NCBI GenBank assembly: GCA_963708805.1
Contig: CAVPUA010000003.1
Coordinates: 750,455 to 814,454, forward strand
DNA: 64,000 bases
From: an uncultured Actinomycetes bacterium
GTDB lineage: Bacteria > Actinomycetota > Actinomycetes > Mycobacteriales > Jatrophihabitantaceae
Direction of reading: 5' to 3'
In this document: in pieces, positions 9,467 through 19,949 of the stretch
Position numbering within the stretch: position 1 is the stretch's first letter
Layout: each line of letters opens with the position of its first letter
Position numbers and translations under genes: made by a program
Notes under the pieces: generated by a model
Seen by the model: the letters and a program-made list of their open reading frames with translations, nothing else
Told to the model about the DNA's origin: nothing
Databases searched by the model: none

Positions 9467-9491
9467 CGTGTTCTGACATCAAGGAGTCTCG

Positions 9492-9869
9492 GTGCCCAGC
9501 GGCAAGGTGAAGTGGTTCAACGCGGAAAAGGGCTTCGGATTCCTGGCCGACGATGACGGCACCGACGTGTTCGTTCACAAGGACGCGCTGCCCAGCGGCG
9601 TCGAGGAACTCAAGCCCGGACAGCGCGTCGAGTTCGGGATCGTCCAGGGTCGCAAAGGCAGTCAGGCGCTGTCGGTGCGCGTGCTCGATCCGGTGCCGTC
9701 GGTGGCCCGGGCCGTCCGCAAGCCGGCCGACGAGATGGCGCCGCTGGTCGAGGACTTGATCAAGCTGCTCGACAACGCGTCGAACTCGCTGCGCCGTGGT
9801 CGCTACCCGGACGACTCACGCAAGATCGCCGGGCTGCTGCGCGCGTTCGCCGACAACCTGGACGCCTGA
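9492..9869 (+). CDS. cold-shock protein with C-terminal extension (CspB-like)
   Basis: GTG start 5 nt after AAGGAG. KVKWFNAEKGFGFL and DVFVH are the RNP1/RNP2 motifs, and a ~60-aa C-terminal tail resembles the 135-aa mycobacterial CspB. Confidence 0.9.
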   Translation: MPSGKVKWFNAEKGFGFLADDDGTDVFVHKDALPSGVEELKPGQRVEFGIVQGRKGSQALSVRVLDPVPSVARAVRKPADEMAPLVEDLIKLLDNASNSLRRGRYPDDSRKIAGLLRAFADNLDA

Positions 9870-9877
9870 CCGTCGCC

Positions 9878-10453
9878 TTACGCGAACGGCACCTGCTCGA
9901 CGATCGCGCTGTGCGTGCCGTCGGAGCTGTTGTAGGCCTCGACGAGGTAGTAGTCGTAGTCCTGGGCGCAGGCGAAGGGCACCGTCACCGATCCGCTCTT
10001 GGCCAGTGGACCCTTGCCGCCGCCTGACTTCGCGTCGGCTCCGACCAGGGCGCTCGCGACCTGGCCCTCGAGCACGTACACGCTGGTCGAGCCCTTGCTC
10101 GTCCAGCTGAGCTTGGCCGTGCCGGACGGGTCGGTGTGCGAGGTGCAGCTCACCGAGTAGGTGACGCTCAGCATCTGGGCCGGTCCGGCGACCGTGGCCG
10201 GCGACGACGACGCGGGCGCCGCCGTGGTGTGGTGCGTCGTCGCGACCGTGGTGTCGACGCGGGCCGCTTCGCTGCTCGACGGGGTGAGGGCCGGCGCCAC
10301 CGACGTCGACGAGTCGCTGGCCACGGCCGTCGAGCTGCTCGGGGTCGATACGGCGGAGGAGGAATGGCCGGCGGCGGCGCCCTTGGACGTGCAGGCGGCG
10401 AGGACGGGAAGCAGGACGGCGGTCAGCAGTCCGACGGCGGAGTTTCGTTTCAT
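9878..10453 (-). CDS. lipoprotein, Ser/Thr-rich linker
   Basis: Within track ORF 9878..10816 the ATG at 10453 gives MKRNSAVGLLTAVLLPVLAAC (lipobox LAAC), 191 aa. Confidence 0.65.
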   Translation of the reverse strand: MKRNSAVGLLTAVLLPVLAACTSKGAAAGHSSSAVSTPSSSTAVASDSSTSVAPALTPSSSEAARVDTTVATTHHTTAAPASSSPATVAGPAQMLSVTYSVSCTSHTDPSGTAKLSWTSKGSTSVYVLEGQVASALVGADAKSGGGKGPLAKSGSVTVPFACAQDYDYYLVEAYNSSDGTHSAIVEQVPFA

Positions 10454-10503
10454 ACCCCGCAGGAGCAGCACGGGGCCGGATAAGTACCCCGGCCGGGCGG
10501 GGG

Positions 10504-11322
10504 TCAACGCAGCTCGGGCGAGGACGGGGTGAGTCCTGCCTTGTAGGCGCGATCGAGCAGGGCCGAGGCCGCGGCGAATCCCTCGTCCCCCAGGTCGCGG
10601 GTGAACTCGTTGACGTAGAGCGCGATGTGCTGCGCCTGGACCTCGGGCGACATCTCGTCGGCGTGCGCGGCCACGTAGTCGCGGGAGTCGTCCGGGTGCG
10701 CCCAGGCGTGCTCGACCGAGGCGCGGATGGTCGCGGACAGCGCGTCGGCGTCGAGCGTGCGCCGGGCCAGGATCGCCCCGAGCGGGATCGGCAGTCCGGT
10801 GTCGGATTCCCACCACTCGCCGAGGTCGGCCAGCGCGTCCAGCCCGTAGGACGGGTAGGTGAAGCGCGCCTCGTGGATCACCAGCCCGGCGTCGTAACGG
10901 CCGTCACGGACAGCGGGCATGATCTCGGCGAACGGCACGACGTCGATGCGCGCGGGCCGCTGACCCTCGGACCAGAGCCGCATCAGCAGGTAGGCGGTCG
11001 AGCGCTCGCTCGGCACCGCCACGGTCATGCCGTCCAGTGAGTCGACGCCACCAGCGGTGAGGACGAGCGGGCCGCACCCGCGCCCGAGCGCACCGCCGCA
11101 GGGCAGCAGCCGGTAGTCCTCGAGCAGCCACGGCAGCGCCGCGTAGGACACCTTGGCGATGTCGTACGCGCCCCGCTCGGTGGCGCTGTTGGTGACGTCG
11201 ACGTCGGCGAACGTGACGTCGACGGCCGGCCCGTCGACCAGTCCGTGCGTCCAGGCGTGGAAGACGAACGTGTCGTTCGGGCAGGGCGAGAACGCAAGCG
11301 ACAGAGATCGGGTGTCAGTCAT
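10504..11322 (-). CDS. mqnD: 1,4-dihydroxy-6-naphthoate synthase (futalosine pathway)
   Basis: Intact 272 aa. The N-terminal LAFSPCPNDTFVFHAW motif is characteristic of MqnD rather than MqnA. Confidence 0.8.
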   Translation of the reverse strand: MTDTRSLSLAFSPCPNDTFVFHAWTHGLVDGPAVDVTFADVDVTNSATERGAYDIAKVSYAALPWLLEDYRLLPCGGALGRGCGPLVLTAGGVDSLDGMTVAVPSERSTAYLLMRLWSEGQRPARIDVVPFAEIMPAVRDGRYDAGLVIHEARFTYPSYGLDALADLGEWWESDTGLPIPLGAILARRTLDADALSATIRASVEHAWAHPDDSRDYVAAHADEMSPEVQAQHIALYVNEFTRDLGDEGFAAASALLDRAYKAGLTPSSPELR

Positions 11323-11920
11323 CGACGTCCATTCAACGCCACGAAAGTCGAGCTCAGGGCAGCCAGCGCCTGCGGGATGCGCCAGGCGTCGCGATCGCGC
11401 GGGCCGACGATGTTGCTGATCGCGCGCACCTCGCCGAACTGGACACCGGCCCCGCTGGCGGCCGCGGCCACTCCCGCGCCCTCCATCGCCTCGGCCACGG
11501 CGTCCGGGAACCGTTCGAGCAGGGCCTGGGCGGTGGACGCCCGGCCGGTGACCGTGCTCACGGTCAGGATCGTCCCGAGGCGCAGCCCGAACGCGGTTCC
11601 CAGCGTCGGCTCGTAGGCCGAGCGCGGCCGAAGCCGAGGGCCTCGAGCGGGACGAATCGATCGCCGTCCGCGGCTCCGAGGTCGGCGAACACGATCGAGG
11701 ACGCGGCGACGACCGACCCGATCTCGACGCCGGGGAACCCGCCGCCGATGCCGGCGCTGAGGACCCGGTCGTACGAGCCGGTGGACAGGGCCCGGGCGGT
11801 GGACGCGGCGGACTCGGCCGGTCCGACGCCGCCGATGATCACGTCGGCGTCGTTGCCGAGCGATGGCCCGATCGCGTCGCGTTCGGCCGCGACCGCGGTG
11901 ACGACCAGCAGCCGGCTCAC
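11319..11920 (-). pseudogene. mqnB: futalosine hydrolase MqnB, one frame break near 11616-11620
   Basis: The N-terminal part (LLVVTAVAAERDAI...SAGIGGGF) lies in ORF 11564..12385. The C-terminal part (TVTGRASTAQ...EAMEGAGVAAAA...GEVRAISNIVG) lies in ORF 11319..11561. The 602-nt length is not a multiple of 3. Confidence 0.75.
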
Positions 11921-12385
11921 GCGCGTAGACGGACGACCTTGGCGATCCAGGTCGCGGTGTCCTTGCCGCCCGACTCCTGGCGAACGATCAAGTAGTACTG
12001 AGCCGCTGGCGTAGGGCACGACGACCCGCGTGCTGTGCTCGTTGCTGATCGAGCCCGACGACGCGCCGTCGACCTGCAACTGGGTGAACTTCTGGTCGGT
12101 GTCCTTCGGTGGCGGCGACCACCGACCACGTCTCGGCCGCGACCTGGCGCGGGACGTCGACCAGCATGCTGGTGCCGGGCCTGGCCTTGATCGAGGACAC
12201 CGGGCTCGAGGTGTCGACGCGGCAGTGCTGGACGTCGAAGCAGTACGTCTGCGGGCGGACGACCGACGGTGGTGCTGCCGGACAGGAACGTGATGCTCGG
12301 GGGTCGGCTTGTCGCACGCGGTCAGGACGGTGGCGATCGCGGCGACGCCGAGGGCGGCTGCGGCCAGACGGACGGGGCGCGGCAT
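11917..12385 (-). pseudogene. exported lipoprotein (Rv0875c/DUF2771-like), at least 3 frame breaks
   Basis: The signal peptide with lipobox LTAC, the middle (PQTYCFDVQHCRVDTSSPVSSIKARPGTSMLVDVPRQVAAETW) and the C-terminus (YYLIVRQESGGKDTATWIAKVVRLRA) lie in three different frames. The stop overlaps the mqnB GTG (GTGA). Confidence 0.55.
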
Positions 12386-12421
12386 GAGGTTCCTTCGCTG
12401 TCGAGAACGGGCCGGAACTGT

Positions 12422-14169
12422 CTAGAACGGTGAGGGGCCGCTGGCGAGGTTACCGGGCGTATCGGGCCACTGCGGCGCCGATGTGGCACGGCTCATCGCG
12501 CGGTTGCGCAGGACCAGGAAGACCGCGACCGCGGCCCCGACGGCCCCACTGATCCAGAAGCCGAGGCTGCCGTTGTCGCGCCGGCAGCAGGCAGCCGATC
12601 GCCGCGCCCAGGACCCAGGCCAGCTGCAGGAACGTCTCGGACCGGGCGAACGCGCTCGAGCGCAGTGTCTCGGCGACGTCGCGCTGGATCACCGCGTCGA
12701 GAGCGATCTTGCCCAGCGCGTTGGCGGCGGCGACGAGCAGCATGCCGACGACCGCGAAGTCGATGCTGAAGACCAGACCGGTCAGCAGGGCGGCAACGCC
12801 GGCGATGCCGATCGAGAGACTGATCACCCGTTCGGGCCGCGAGAGTTTGAGGCGGGCGCCGATGGCGGTGCCGAGGAAGTTGCCGACGCCGGCCGCGCCG
12901 ACCACCGCGCCCGAGGGCCACCGCCGCCTCGACATCCGTGCCGGGTGGACTCGACCCAGAACGCCATGAAGATCGTCAGGAACCCGGACATGAACCGCAG
13001 CGCCGATTCGCCCTGCAGCGAGATGATCACCGGCGGCAGGTAGCCGCGCTGCGCCCAGGCCATGATCCGCGAGAACGGTGGGACCTTCTCCTGGACGCGT
13101 GGCCGGGCGGGTTCCTCGGGATGTCGCTCGGCCGGCTGGGCCGAGTCGACCTGCGCCGGCAGCTTGATCGCGAAGAATCCGCACGCCGCGAACGCGATGG
13201 CGGTGACCCACAGACCGGCTGGCGTCCGAACCGGTGAGCTTGATGACGATGCCGACGAAGCCGCCGCCGATCAGCGCGGCGCCGAGCCCGAAGATCGACA
13301 GTCGCGCGTTGGCCTCGACGAGCGTCATCCCGGGAGGCACCAGCCGAGGACCGGCCGCACTGCGCACCACGCTGTAGGCCTTGGAGAAGACGAGCGACCC
13401 GAGCGCGCACGGATACAGCACCAGCAGGTCGGTCGAGTGCCCGGCCATGATGACCGCCAGGACGGCGCGCCCGGCGGCCGAGCCCGCCATCGCCCACCGC
13501 CGGCCGTGCTGCACCCGATCGAGCGCGGGGCCGATGAACGGGGCGACGACCGCGAACGGGGCCATCGTCACCAGCAGGTAGAGCAGGACATTGCCGCGTT
13601 GGGCGTGCGTCGACGCGCCGAAGAAGACCGTGCTGGCCAGCGCGACGGTGATCATGGCGTCGGTGCCGTAGGACAGCACCTGGTTCCAGATCAGCGCCGT
13701 GAGCCCCGATTCGTGCGCGCCGTTGGCCTTGCTCGCCGCGATCACCTTGCGGGTGACGAGCTTGGCCGCTTTGCCCGTGCCGACCGCGGTCGCCTTGGCC
13801 GCGTGGGTCACGCGATGGGTCTCGCCGGCGGCGGGGGCGGTCGGCGGGGCAGACGTCCCCGCGTGATAGGTCGGCGCACCGAAGCCGTCGTCGGGGCGGG
13901 CCGGCGGGTAGCGGGGCTGGGCGTACTGCGGGGGCGGTGCGTAGGTCCCGGCCGGAGGGTAGGCGGCCGGAGCGGTAGGCAGTCGGCGGGACGTAGGCGG
14001 GTGGGATGTAGGGCGGCGGCGCCGCGTACCCCGGCGGTGGGGGTGCCTGGTACGGCGGCGGGACAGGTGGAGGGGGCGGCGGGACGGCCGGCTGAGCGGT
14101 CTGATGGCTGGTGTGGCCGGACTTGGAGAACCGCCTGCGCGGCGGTCCCTCCCGCTCGTCTCGTGCCAT
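12422..14169 (-). pseudogene. MFS-type membrane protein (Rv0876c-like) with Pro-rich N-terminus, at least 4 frame breaks
   Basis: Start MARDEREGPP (ATG 14169). TM-rich segments are readable in three frames, with switches near 14000, 13235, 12940 and 12570. The reconstructed C-terminus ...GNLASGPSPF ends at TAG 12422-12424. Confidence 0.65.
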
Positions 14170-14219
14170 GAAACCAATCCTGCCGTACGCGAGCCGGAAA
14201 GGTCCGTCACAATGGAAGG

Positions 14220-15115
14220 ATGAGTGCCTCCGATCTCGCGGTTTCCGTACCGATTGCGACCGACGACGTGGTGGCCGCCGCGATCGAGCTCGCCCGGGCG
14301 GCCGCCGTCGAGGTCGGGGGCGACACCGTGGGCGAGCATCTCGGCGTGACCGCCGAGGCCGAGCACCTGATGACCCACGCGTTCGCGACATCGCTCACCG
14401 GCTACCGAGGCTGGCACTGGGCGGTGACGCTGGTCCGGGCGAGCGAGTCCGACGAGGTGACCGTCGACGAGGTTGTGCTGCTGCCGGGTGCTTCCGCGCT
14501 GCTCGCGCCGCCGTGGGTCCCCTGGAACGAGCGGATGCGCCCCGGCGATCTGAGCCCGGGCGACCTCGTGCCGACCGCTCCCGACGACGTACGGCTCGCT
14601 CCCGCTTACCGCTGTCCGACGACCCGGCGGTCGAGGAGGTCGCCTTCGAACTCGGAATCGGTCGGGTACGGGTGCTGTCACGCGATGGCCGCCTCGACGC
14701 CGCCGACCGTTGGTACGCCGGCGAGGGCGGCCCCGACACCGCGATGGCCCGGCAAGCTCCGGCGCACTGTGGCACGTGCGGTTTCTACCTGCCGCTGGCC
14801 GGCTCGCTCCAGGCCGGCTTCGGCGCGTGTGGCAACGAACTGTCGAACTCCGACGGGCGCGTGGTCAGCGTCGAGCACGGCTGCGGGGCGCACTCCGAGG
14901 CGGTCGTCGAGGCGCCGTCGCTGGCCGAACTGGTCGGCGACGTCTACGACGACGGCGAGATCATCGAGCTGGCCGAGGTCCCGGACCTGGCCGAGCTGCC
15001 CGAGGTCGTCCAGCCGGACGTGGAACTTCACGTCGAACCAGAGGTCGAGCCGGCCGCCGAGCTGCCTCAGGCCGCAGATTCGGTCGAGGTCACCGAGGTA
15101 TCGGACGCTCCCTGA
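14220..15115 (+). pseudogene. DUF3027 protein (Rv0877-like), one frame break near 14600
   Basis: The N-terminal part is in ORF 14220..15335. The Cys-rich core CGTCGFYLPLAG...FGACGNE...EHGCGAHSE is in ORF 14111..15115. The 896-nt length is not a multiple of 3. Confidence 0.7.
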
Positions 15116-15166
15116 AGCAGGGGCCCTACCACCGAGGCAATCGTCGCTGAGGCACCAGTCAAGGGG

Positions 15167-15559
15167 TCAGGGAGTACCGCTGACGTGCTCGGCGTCGATC
15201 TTGACGATCAGCCGCACTTGTTCGCGGCCGCCGTACCACGCGTACGGTTCGCCGGTGTACTTCTGGGCCAACGCATTGATCGAGTCCACTCCACCCTCGC
15301 TGGTCAGCTCGACCACCCGACCGCGCACTTGGTAGAACTGCCCGGGGGTCGACGGATCCGAGATGGCCACGGCTACGCGTGGATCGCGCTCGAGATTTCG
15401 TGCCTTCTGCATGCCCTGCACGATGTTGACCACGACGTGCTCGCCGTCGGTGTCGACCCAGGTCTGGGTGATCTGCGGTGAACCGTCCGGCATCGTCGTC
15501 GCGACGTAGCACAACGCGGGACTGCGCAGCAGCGTGACGAGCTCCTCGGAAAGCGCCAT
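15167..15559 (-). CDS. PPOX-class (pyridoxamine 5'-phosphate oxidase fold) probable F420-dependent enzyme
   Basis: Intact 130 aa. CYVATTMPDGSPQITQTWV and NLERDPRVAVAI are typical of the PPOX split-barrel family. Confidence 0.7.
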   Translation of the reverse strand: MALSEELVTLLRSPALCYVATTMPDGSPQITQTWVDTDGEHVVVNIVQGMQKARNLERDPRVAVAISDPSTPGQFYQVRGRVVELTSEGGVDSINALAQKYTGEPYAWYGGREQVRLIVKIDAEHVSGTP

Positions 15560-15687
15560 GACTCCTCCGGCTACGAGTCGGTTGGGACCTCTGCCGGCAT
15601 CCTCGCCGGCATCGTCGACCCTACCGACGCAGAGTCAAGCGGGTGGTGGACCGTTCACGGTCGACCAGGAACTCGACGGCCGTGTCG

Positions 15688-15924
15688 TTAGATGGTGCGG
15701 CCCATCCGCCGGTGTCGGCGCATGAGCGAGTAACCGACGATCCCGAGGATCCAGCCACACAGACAGGTCCAGAGCCAGATGCGGTGATGATGCTCGCCCA
15801 GCCAGGTGTAGAAGGGCAGCATCACCACGAACAACACGAAGAAGATCGCGGTGCCCGTCGCGATGATCGGCACCGAGTTGATCTGGACCGGCGCCGGTGG
15901 CTCGCTGAGCTTGCCGTCGGCCAT
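15688..15924 (-). CDS. DUF2530-like small membrane protein
   Basis: ATG 15924 inside track ORF 15688..16218 gives 78 aa with two TM helices and the basic tail RRHRRMGRTI. Confidence 0.6.
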   Translation of the reverse strand: MADGKLSEPPAPVQINSVPIIATGTAIFFVLFVVMLPFYTWLGEHHHRIWLWTCLCGWILGIVGYSLMRRHRRMGRTI

Positions 15925-15957
15925 GATGCGCACGTTACCCGCGGATCGGAGGGAATC

Positions 15958-17876
15958 GTGGCGACCTCGCCAGCGCCGAGCGTGATCGAAATCGACGGCG
16001 TCGCGTCGCCCGGGGCGGTCCTGCGAGCGCTGGCCGGCGAACCCGGGCTGATCTGCTTCTGGGGCGACGGCTGGGGATCGGACGGCGGGGCGTCGGCGGT
16101 GATCACGAGCCGGCCGGCTGAGGTATCGGCGACACCCGATCGGCTGGGTGGGACCGGCGCGCCGTGGTTCGGCTGGCTCGGCTACGACCGGCCCCATCGC
16201 TTGGCCCGCCATGATCATCTGCTGCGCTACGCGGACGGCGGCTGGCGCATCGAGATGTGGCCGACCCCCGCGCGTGAGGCCGAACTGACCGCCGCGCGAG
16301 CACCGCTACCGTTCGGCGCTGCGAACCGCGGATCGAACCCGTCCGGCTGACTGGCAGGTCGGGCTGTTCGACGGTCCAGAACGCGACGAGCACCTACGCG
16401 CCGTCGAGGCGGCCGTCGGGCTGATCCGCGACGGGGAGCTCTACCAGGTGAACGTCTGCACGCGCCTGTCGGCGGCGTTCACCGGTGACCCAGTGTCGAT
16501 GTTCGTCCAGGCCGTCGAGGAGTTGCGTCCCGCGTTCGCGGCCTGCGTCGTCGACGGCGCGGACGCGGTCGTCAGCCTGAGTCCCGAGCTGTTCCTGCGC
16601 CGATCCGGTCGTGACGTGATCAGCTCGCCCATCAAGGGAACCCGGCCCCGTACGGAGATCGGACTCGGCCAACTGCGCGGGTCGGCCAAGGACGTCGCCG
16701 AGAACGTCATGATCGTCGACCTCGTGCGCAACGATCTTGGGCGGGTGGGCGAACCGGGCACGGTCGCCGCCCGAGAATTGCTTGAAATACAGGCACATCC
16801 GGGCGTCTGGCACCTCGCGTCGACGGTCGGTGCGACGTTGCGGCCCGACGTCTCGGACCGGAGCTGATCGCCGCGACGTTTCCGCCCGGTTCGGTGACCG
16901 GCGCGCCGAAGCTGCGGGCGATGCGCGCGATCAGCGAGCTCGAACCGTCCGCGCGCGGCGTCTACACCGGCGCGATCGGCTACTCGACGCCCGACGCGGC
17001 GGTCTTCAACGTTGCCATCCGGACGTTCGAGATCAGCCGTGGCCGCATCGAACTCGGCGTCGGCGGCGGCGTGACCGTCGACAGCGTGCCGATGCTCGAA
17101 TGGCACGAGACGAGACACAAGGCCGCTCCGTTGATCACCGCGATCGGGGGCTCGCTGGCTGCCTCCACCGAGGTCCGGCCAACCGATGATCAACTGGCCG
17201 GCGGTCTGCTCGAGACGATGTTGTCGGTCGACGGCGAGCTACGGCGATCGGCCGATCACCTGGCTCGGATCGACCTCTCGTGCCGCGAGCTCTACGGTGT
17301 TCCCGCTGCCGGGAGACGCCGCCGCACGGGTGCTGAGGGTGGCCGCCGCCGCGCCCGGACACACGACCGTGCGCCTCACCGTGATGCCGAACGCGGCCGT
17401 CTCGGTGACGGCGTCACCCGTCTCGCCGCCCCGGCCGGCGTTGGCGCTGACGACGTCGGTCCGGGCGGCCGGCTGCTGGCGCCACAAGTGGGCCGACCGA
17501 TCCTGGGCCACTGACCCTGACGCGATCTTCGCCGACGAGGACGGGACGTTGCTCGAGACGAGCTGGGGCAACGTATTCCTGTCTGGCTCGCGACGGCGGG
17601 ATCGTCACGCCGCCGTTGCGCGACGACCTGCTGCCGGGCGTCACCCGGCGCGCCGTTCTCGATCTGGCTCGCGACGACGGCCGGCGGGTCGAGTTGCGCG
17701 GCTTCGGGACGGACGAGGCTCGGACGGCGCGGGCGATGTTCAGTTCGAGCAGCATTTCGGGCCTGGTGCCGATCGCGTCGATCGACGGGGAGCGCCTGCC
17801 GCGCGGCGACGCTACTGTTCGTGCTCTGAGCGAACGCCTCGGTTTGGCTATGGCTCCGAGCGAGACCGTTAGCTAG
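15958..17876 (+). pseudogene. pabB: aminodeoxychorismate synthase component I fused to ADC-lyase-like (class IV aminotransferase) domain, at least 4 frame breaks
   Basis: GTG 15958 follows GGAGGG. Chorismate-binding motifs (GELYQVNVC, SPIKGTRPR, AENVMIVDLVRND, PGSVTGAPK, GVYTGAIGY) are followed by GLLETM, SWGNVFL, LLPGVTRRAV and SSSISGLVPIASIDG. The pieces are spread over ORFs 15643.., 16448.., 16894.., 17186.. and 17616... Confidence 0.75.
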
Positions 17877-17885
17877 GCTAAGGAG

Positions 17886-18321
17886 ATGGTATCCGTGTCG
17901 ACCGCCGATATCGAACTTGCCGCTGCGCTGCGGCCTTCACTGCTGCGGCTCGTGCGGCTGATCCGTCAGCAGCGGGCCGACATGTCCGTCACGCTCGGGC
18001 AGCTCTCGGCCCTGGCGACGCTGGAGAAGAGCGGCCCGATGAGTGCCGGCGAGCTGGCGTCCTGCGAGCGGGTTCAGCCGCCGACGATGTCGAAGGTGCT
18101 GGCCAGCCTCGAGGAGTCGGGCTACCTGCGGCGCGAGGCGCACCCCACCGACGGCCGGCAGGCGATCATCGTGTTGACCGACGTCCGGGCGCGAGTTGAT
18201 CGAGTCGGAGCGGCGAATCCGGGACGCGTGGTTCAACCAGCAGATCGCCAAGCTCGACACGGACGAGCGCGAGCTGCTGGCCAACGTCGTGCCGATCATC
18301 GACAAGCTGGCGGACCTGTAA
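17886..18321 (+). pseudogene. MarR-family transcriptional regulator, one frame break near 18185
   Basis: Winged-HTH LGQLSALATLEKSGPMSAGELASCERVQPPTMSKVLASLEESGYLRR is in frame 1. The C-terminus GRELIESERRIRDAWFNQQIAKL...IDKLADL ends at TAA 18319-18321 in another frame. Confidence 0.75.
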
Positions 18322-18336
18322 CGGCAGAATGGCCGG

Positions 18337-19115
18337 ATGCGCCTGGTCGAGATAGCTGATCCGGACGACCCGCGCCTCGACGACTTCCGCGGCCTCACCG
18401 ACTCCGACGTTCGGCCTGATCGCCGCGGCGTGGTGATCGCCGAGGGTGTGAACGTCGTCGAACGACTGGCGGCCTCGCCGTACCCGATCCGCGCCGTGGC
18501 GGCCGTGCCCGGTCGTGTGGACGCGCTCCGCTCCGCTCTCGAACCGCACGACGTGGACGTCTTCGTCCTCGACAAGTGGACGCTGTCCGAGGTGGCCGGC
18601 TTCCGGATCACCCGCGGCGTGCTGGCCTCGGCCGACCGTCCGCCGCCACCCGACGTCGACGAACTGCTGCAGCGGCGCCAGTCGGCTGGCGGTCCTCGAA
18701 GGGCTGAACGACTTCGAGAACCTCGGCGCCCTGTTTCGCAACGCGGCGGCCTTCGGCGTCGACGCGGTGCTGCTCGATCCGCAGACGGCCGACCCGCTGT
18801 ATCGGCGCAGCGTCCGGGTGTCGATGGGTCACGTGCTGCGCGTGCCGTTCGCGGTGCTGCCCGGCGCGTGGCCGGACTCGCTCGACGCGCTGGCCGGCTT
18901 CGAGTTGCTCGGCGCTGACCCCGCGGCATACGGCCGTCGATCTGCGGGCGATCGAACGCCCGGCGCGGTGGGCGGTGCTGCTGGGCGCCGAAGGGCCGGG
19001 GCTCACCGATGCCGCTCTGGCGCGGGCTCGGCCGGTGCGCATCCCGATGGCCGTGGGCGTCGACTCGCTCAACGTGGCGACGGCGGCCGCGGTGGCCTTC
19101 GCGCACCTCACCTGA
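18337..19115 (+). pseudogene. TrmH/SpoU-family RNA 2'-O-methyltransferase, 2 frame breaks
   Basis: LEGLNDFENLGALFRNAAAFG, YRRSVRVSMG and LLGAEGPGLT...VRIPMAVGVDSLNVATAAAVA are SpoU motifs distributed over three frames. The 779-nt length is not a multiple of 3. Confidence 0.75.
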
Positions 19116-19939
19116 GCTGACCGGATGTGGTGGCCAGCAACGTCACGTCGATCGCCGCCAGCCCCAAGATCAGGATGAACGACGACCGCGCGGCCGGTCG
19201 CCGCAGCCGAAACGGCAGGGCCCCGAGCACGACCGCCGCGACGACGCCCAGAGCCACGAAGTCGAACGGCCGTCGTGACGTCAGCGTGATCAAGGCAGTG
19301 GCCGCGACGAGCAGACCGGCCGCCAGGACCAGCGACGGACGGGCTCCCAGGCGATGCGGCAGTCCTCGCACGCCCGTGCGCAGGTCGTCGCCGATGTCGG
19401 GCAGCACGTTGGCCAGGTGCGCCGCGACGCCGAGGCAGGCGCCCCCGGCGAGCGCCCACCATCCCGCGATCCGGGGCGAGGGCAGGGCCAGGGTCGCGAT
19501 GGCCGGCAACGATCCGAAGGCGAGGGCGTACGGCAGCCACGACAAGATCGTCGCCTTGACGCCCAGGTTGTACGCCCACCCGCACGCGACAGCCGCCAGA
19601 TGGAGCAGACCGGCCCGCCAGCCGAGGGCCAGCGACAGACCGATCGTCGAGCAGCAGGGACGCGGCTATCGCGGCGTCGGTCACCCGCGGTGGTACCGCT
19701 CCGGCCGCCAGCGGCTTGTCGGTGCGACCGACGAGCGCGTCCCGGGCGGCGTCGATGCGGTCGTTCGACCAGCCGATGGAGAGCTGGCCGGTGAGCACGG
19801 CCGCGGCAAGCAGAACGCACGTCCCGGGCGAGTTGCCGGCAACCGCGCCGAGCACCGTCACGAACACGGTGACGGCGACGCACGGCGCCGGGTGGCACGA
19901 ACCGAGCAGCGCGATCGACTGACGCGCGACCCGGTTCAC
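19108..19939 (-). pseudogene. UbiA-family prenyltransferase, at least 2 frame breaks
   Basis: The N-terminal part with GQLSIGWSNDRIDAARD (NDxxD-type motif) is in ORF 18608..19939. The C-terminal TM part with ANVLPDIGDDLRTGVRGLP is in ORF 19108..19545. The substrate is unknown (MqnP-like is only a possibility). Confidence 0.65.
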
Positions 19940-19949
19940 CTCGCCGAGG

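Noticed and set aside
8871-9578. 235-aa ORF taken as a single membrane protein starting at 9578 or 9479.
   Set aside because: Third-position GC collapses in two stretches (9393-9479 and about 9085-9195). The upstream part would also contain the csp-leader hairpin and end 12 nt from the divergent csp start. I split it into a two-TM gene and a 69-aa gene instead, though confidence in that split is low.
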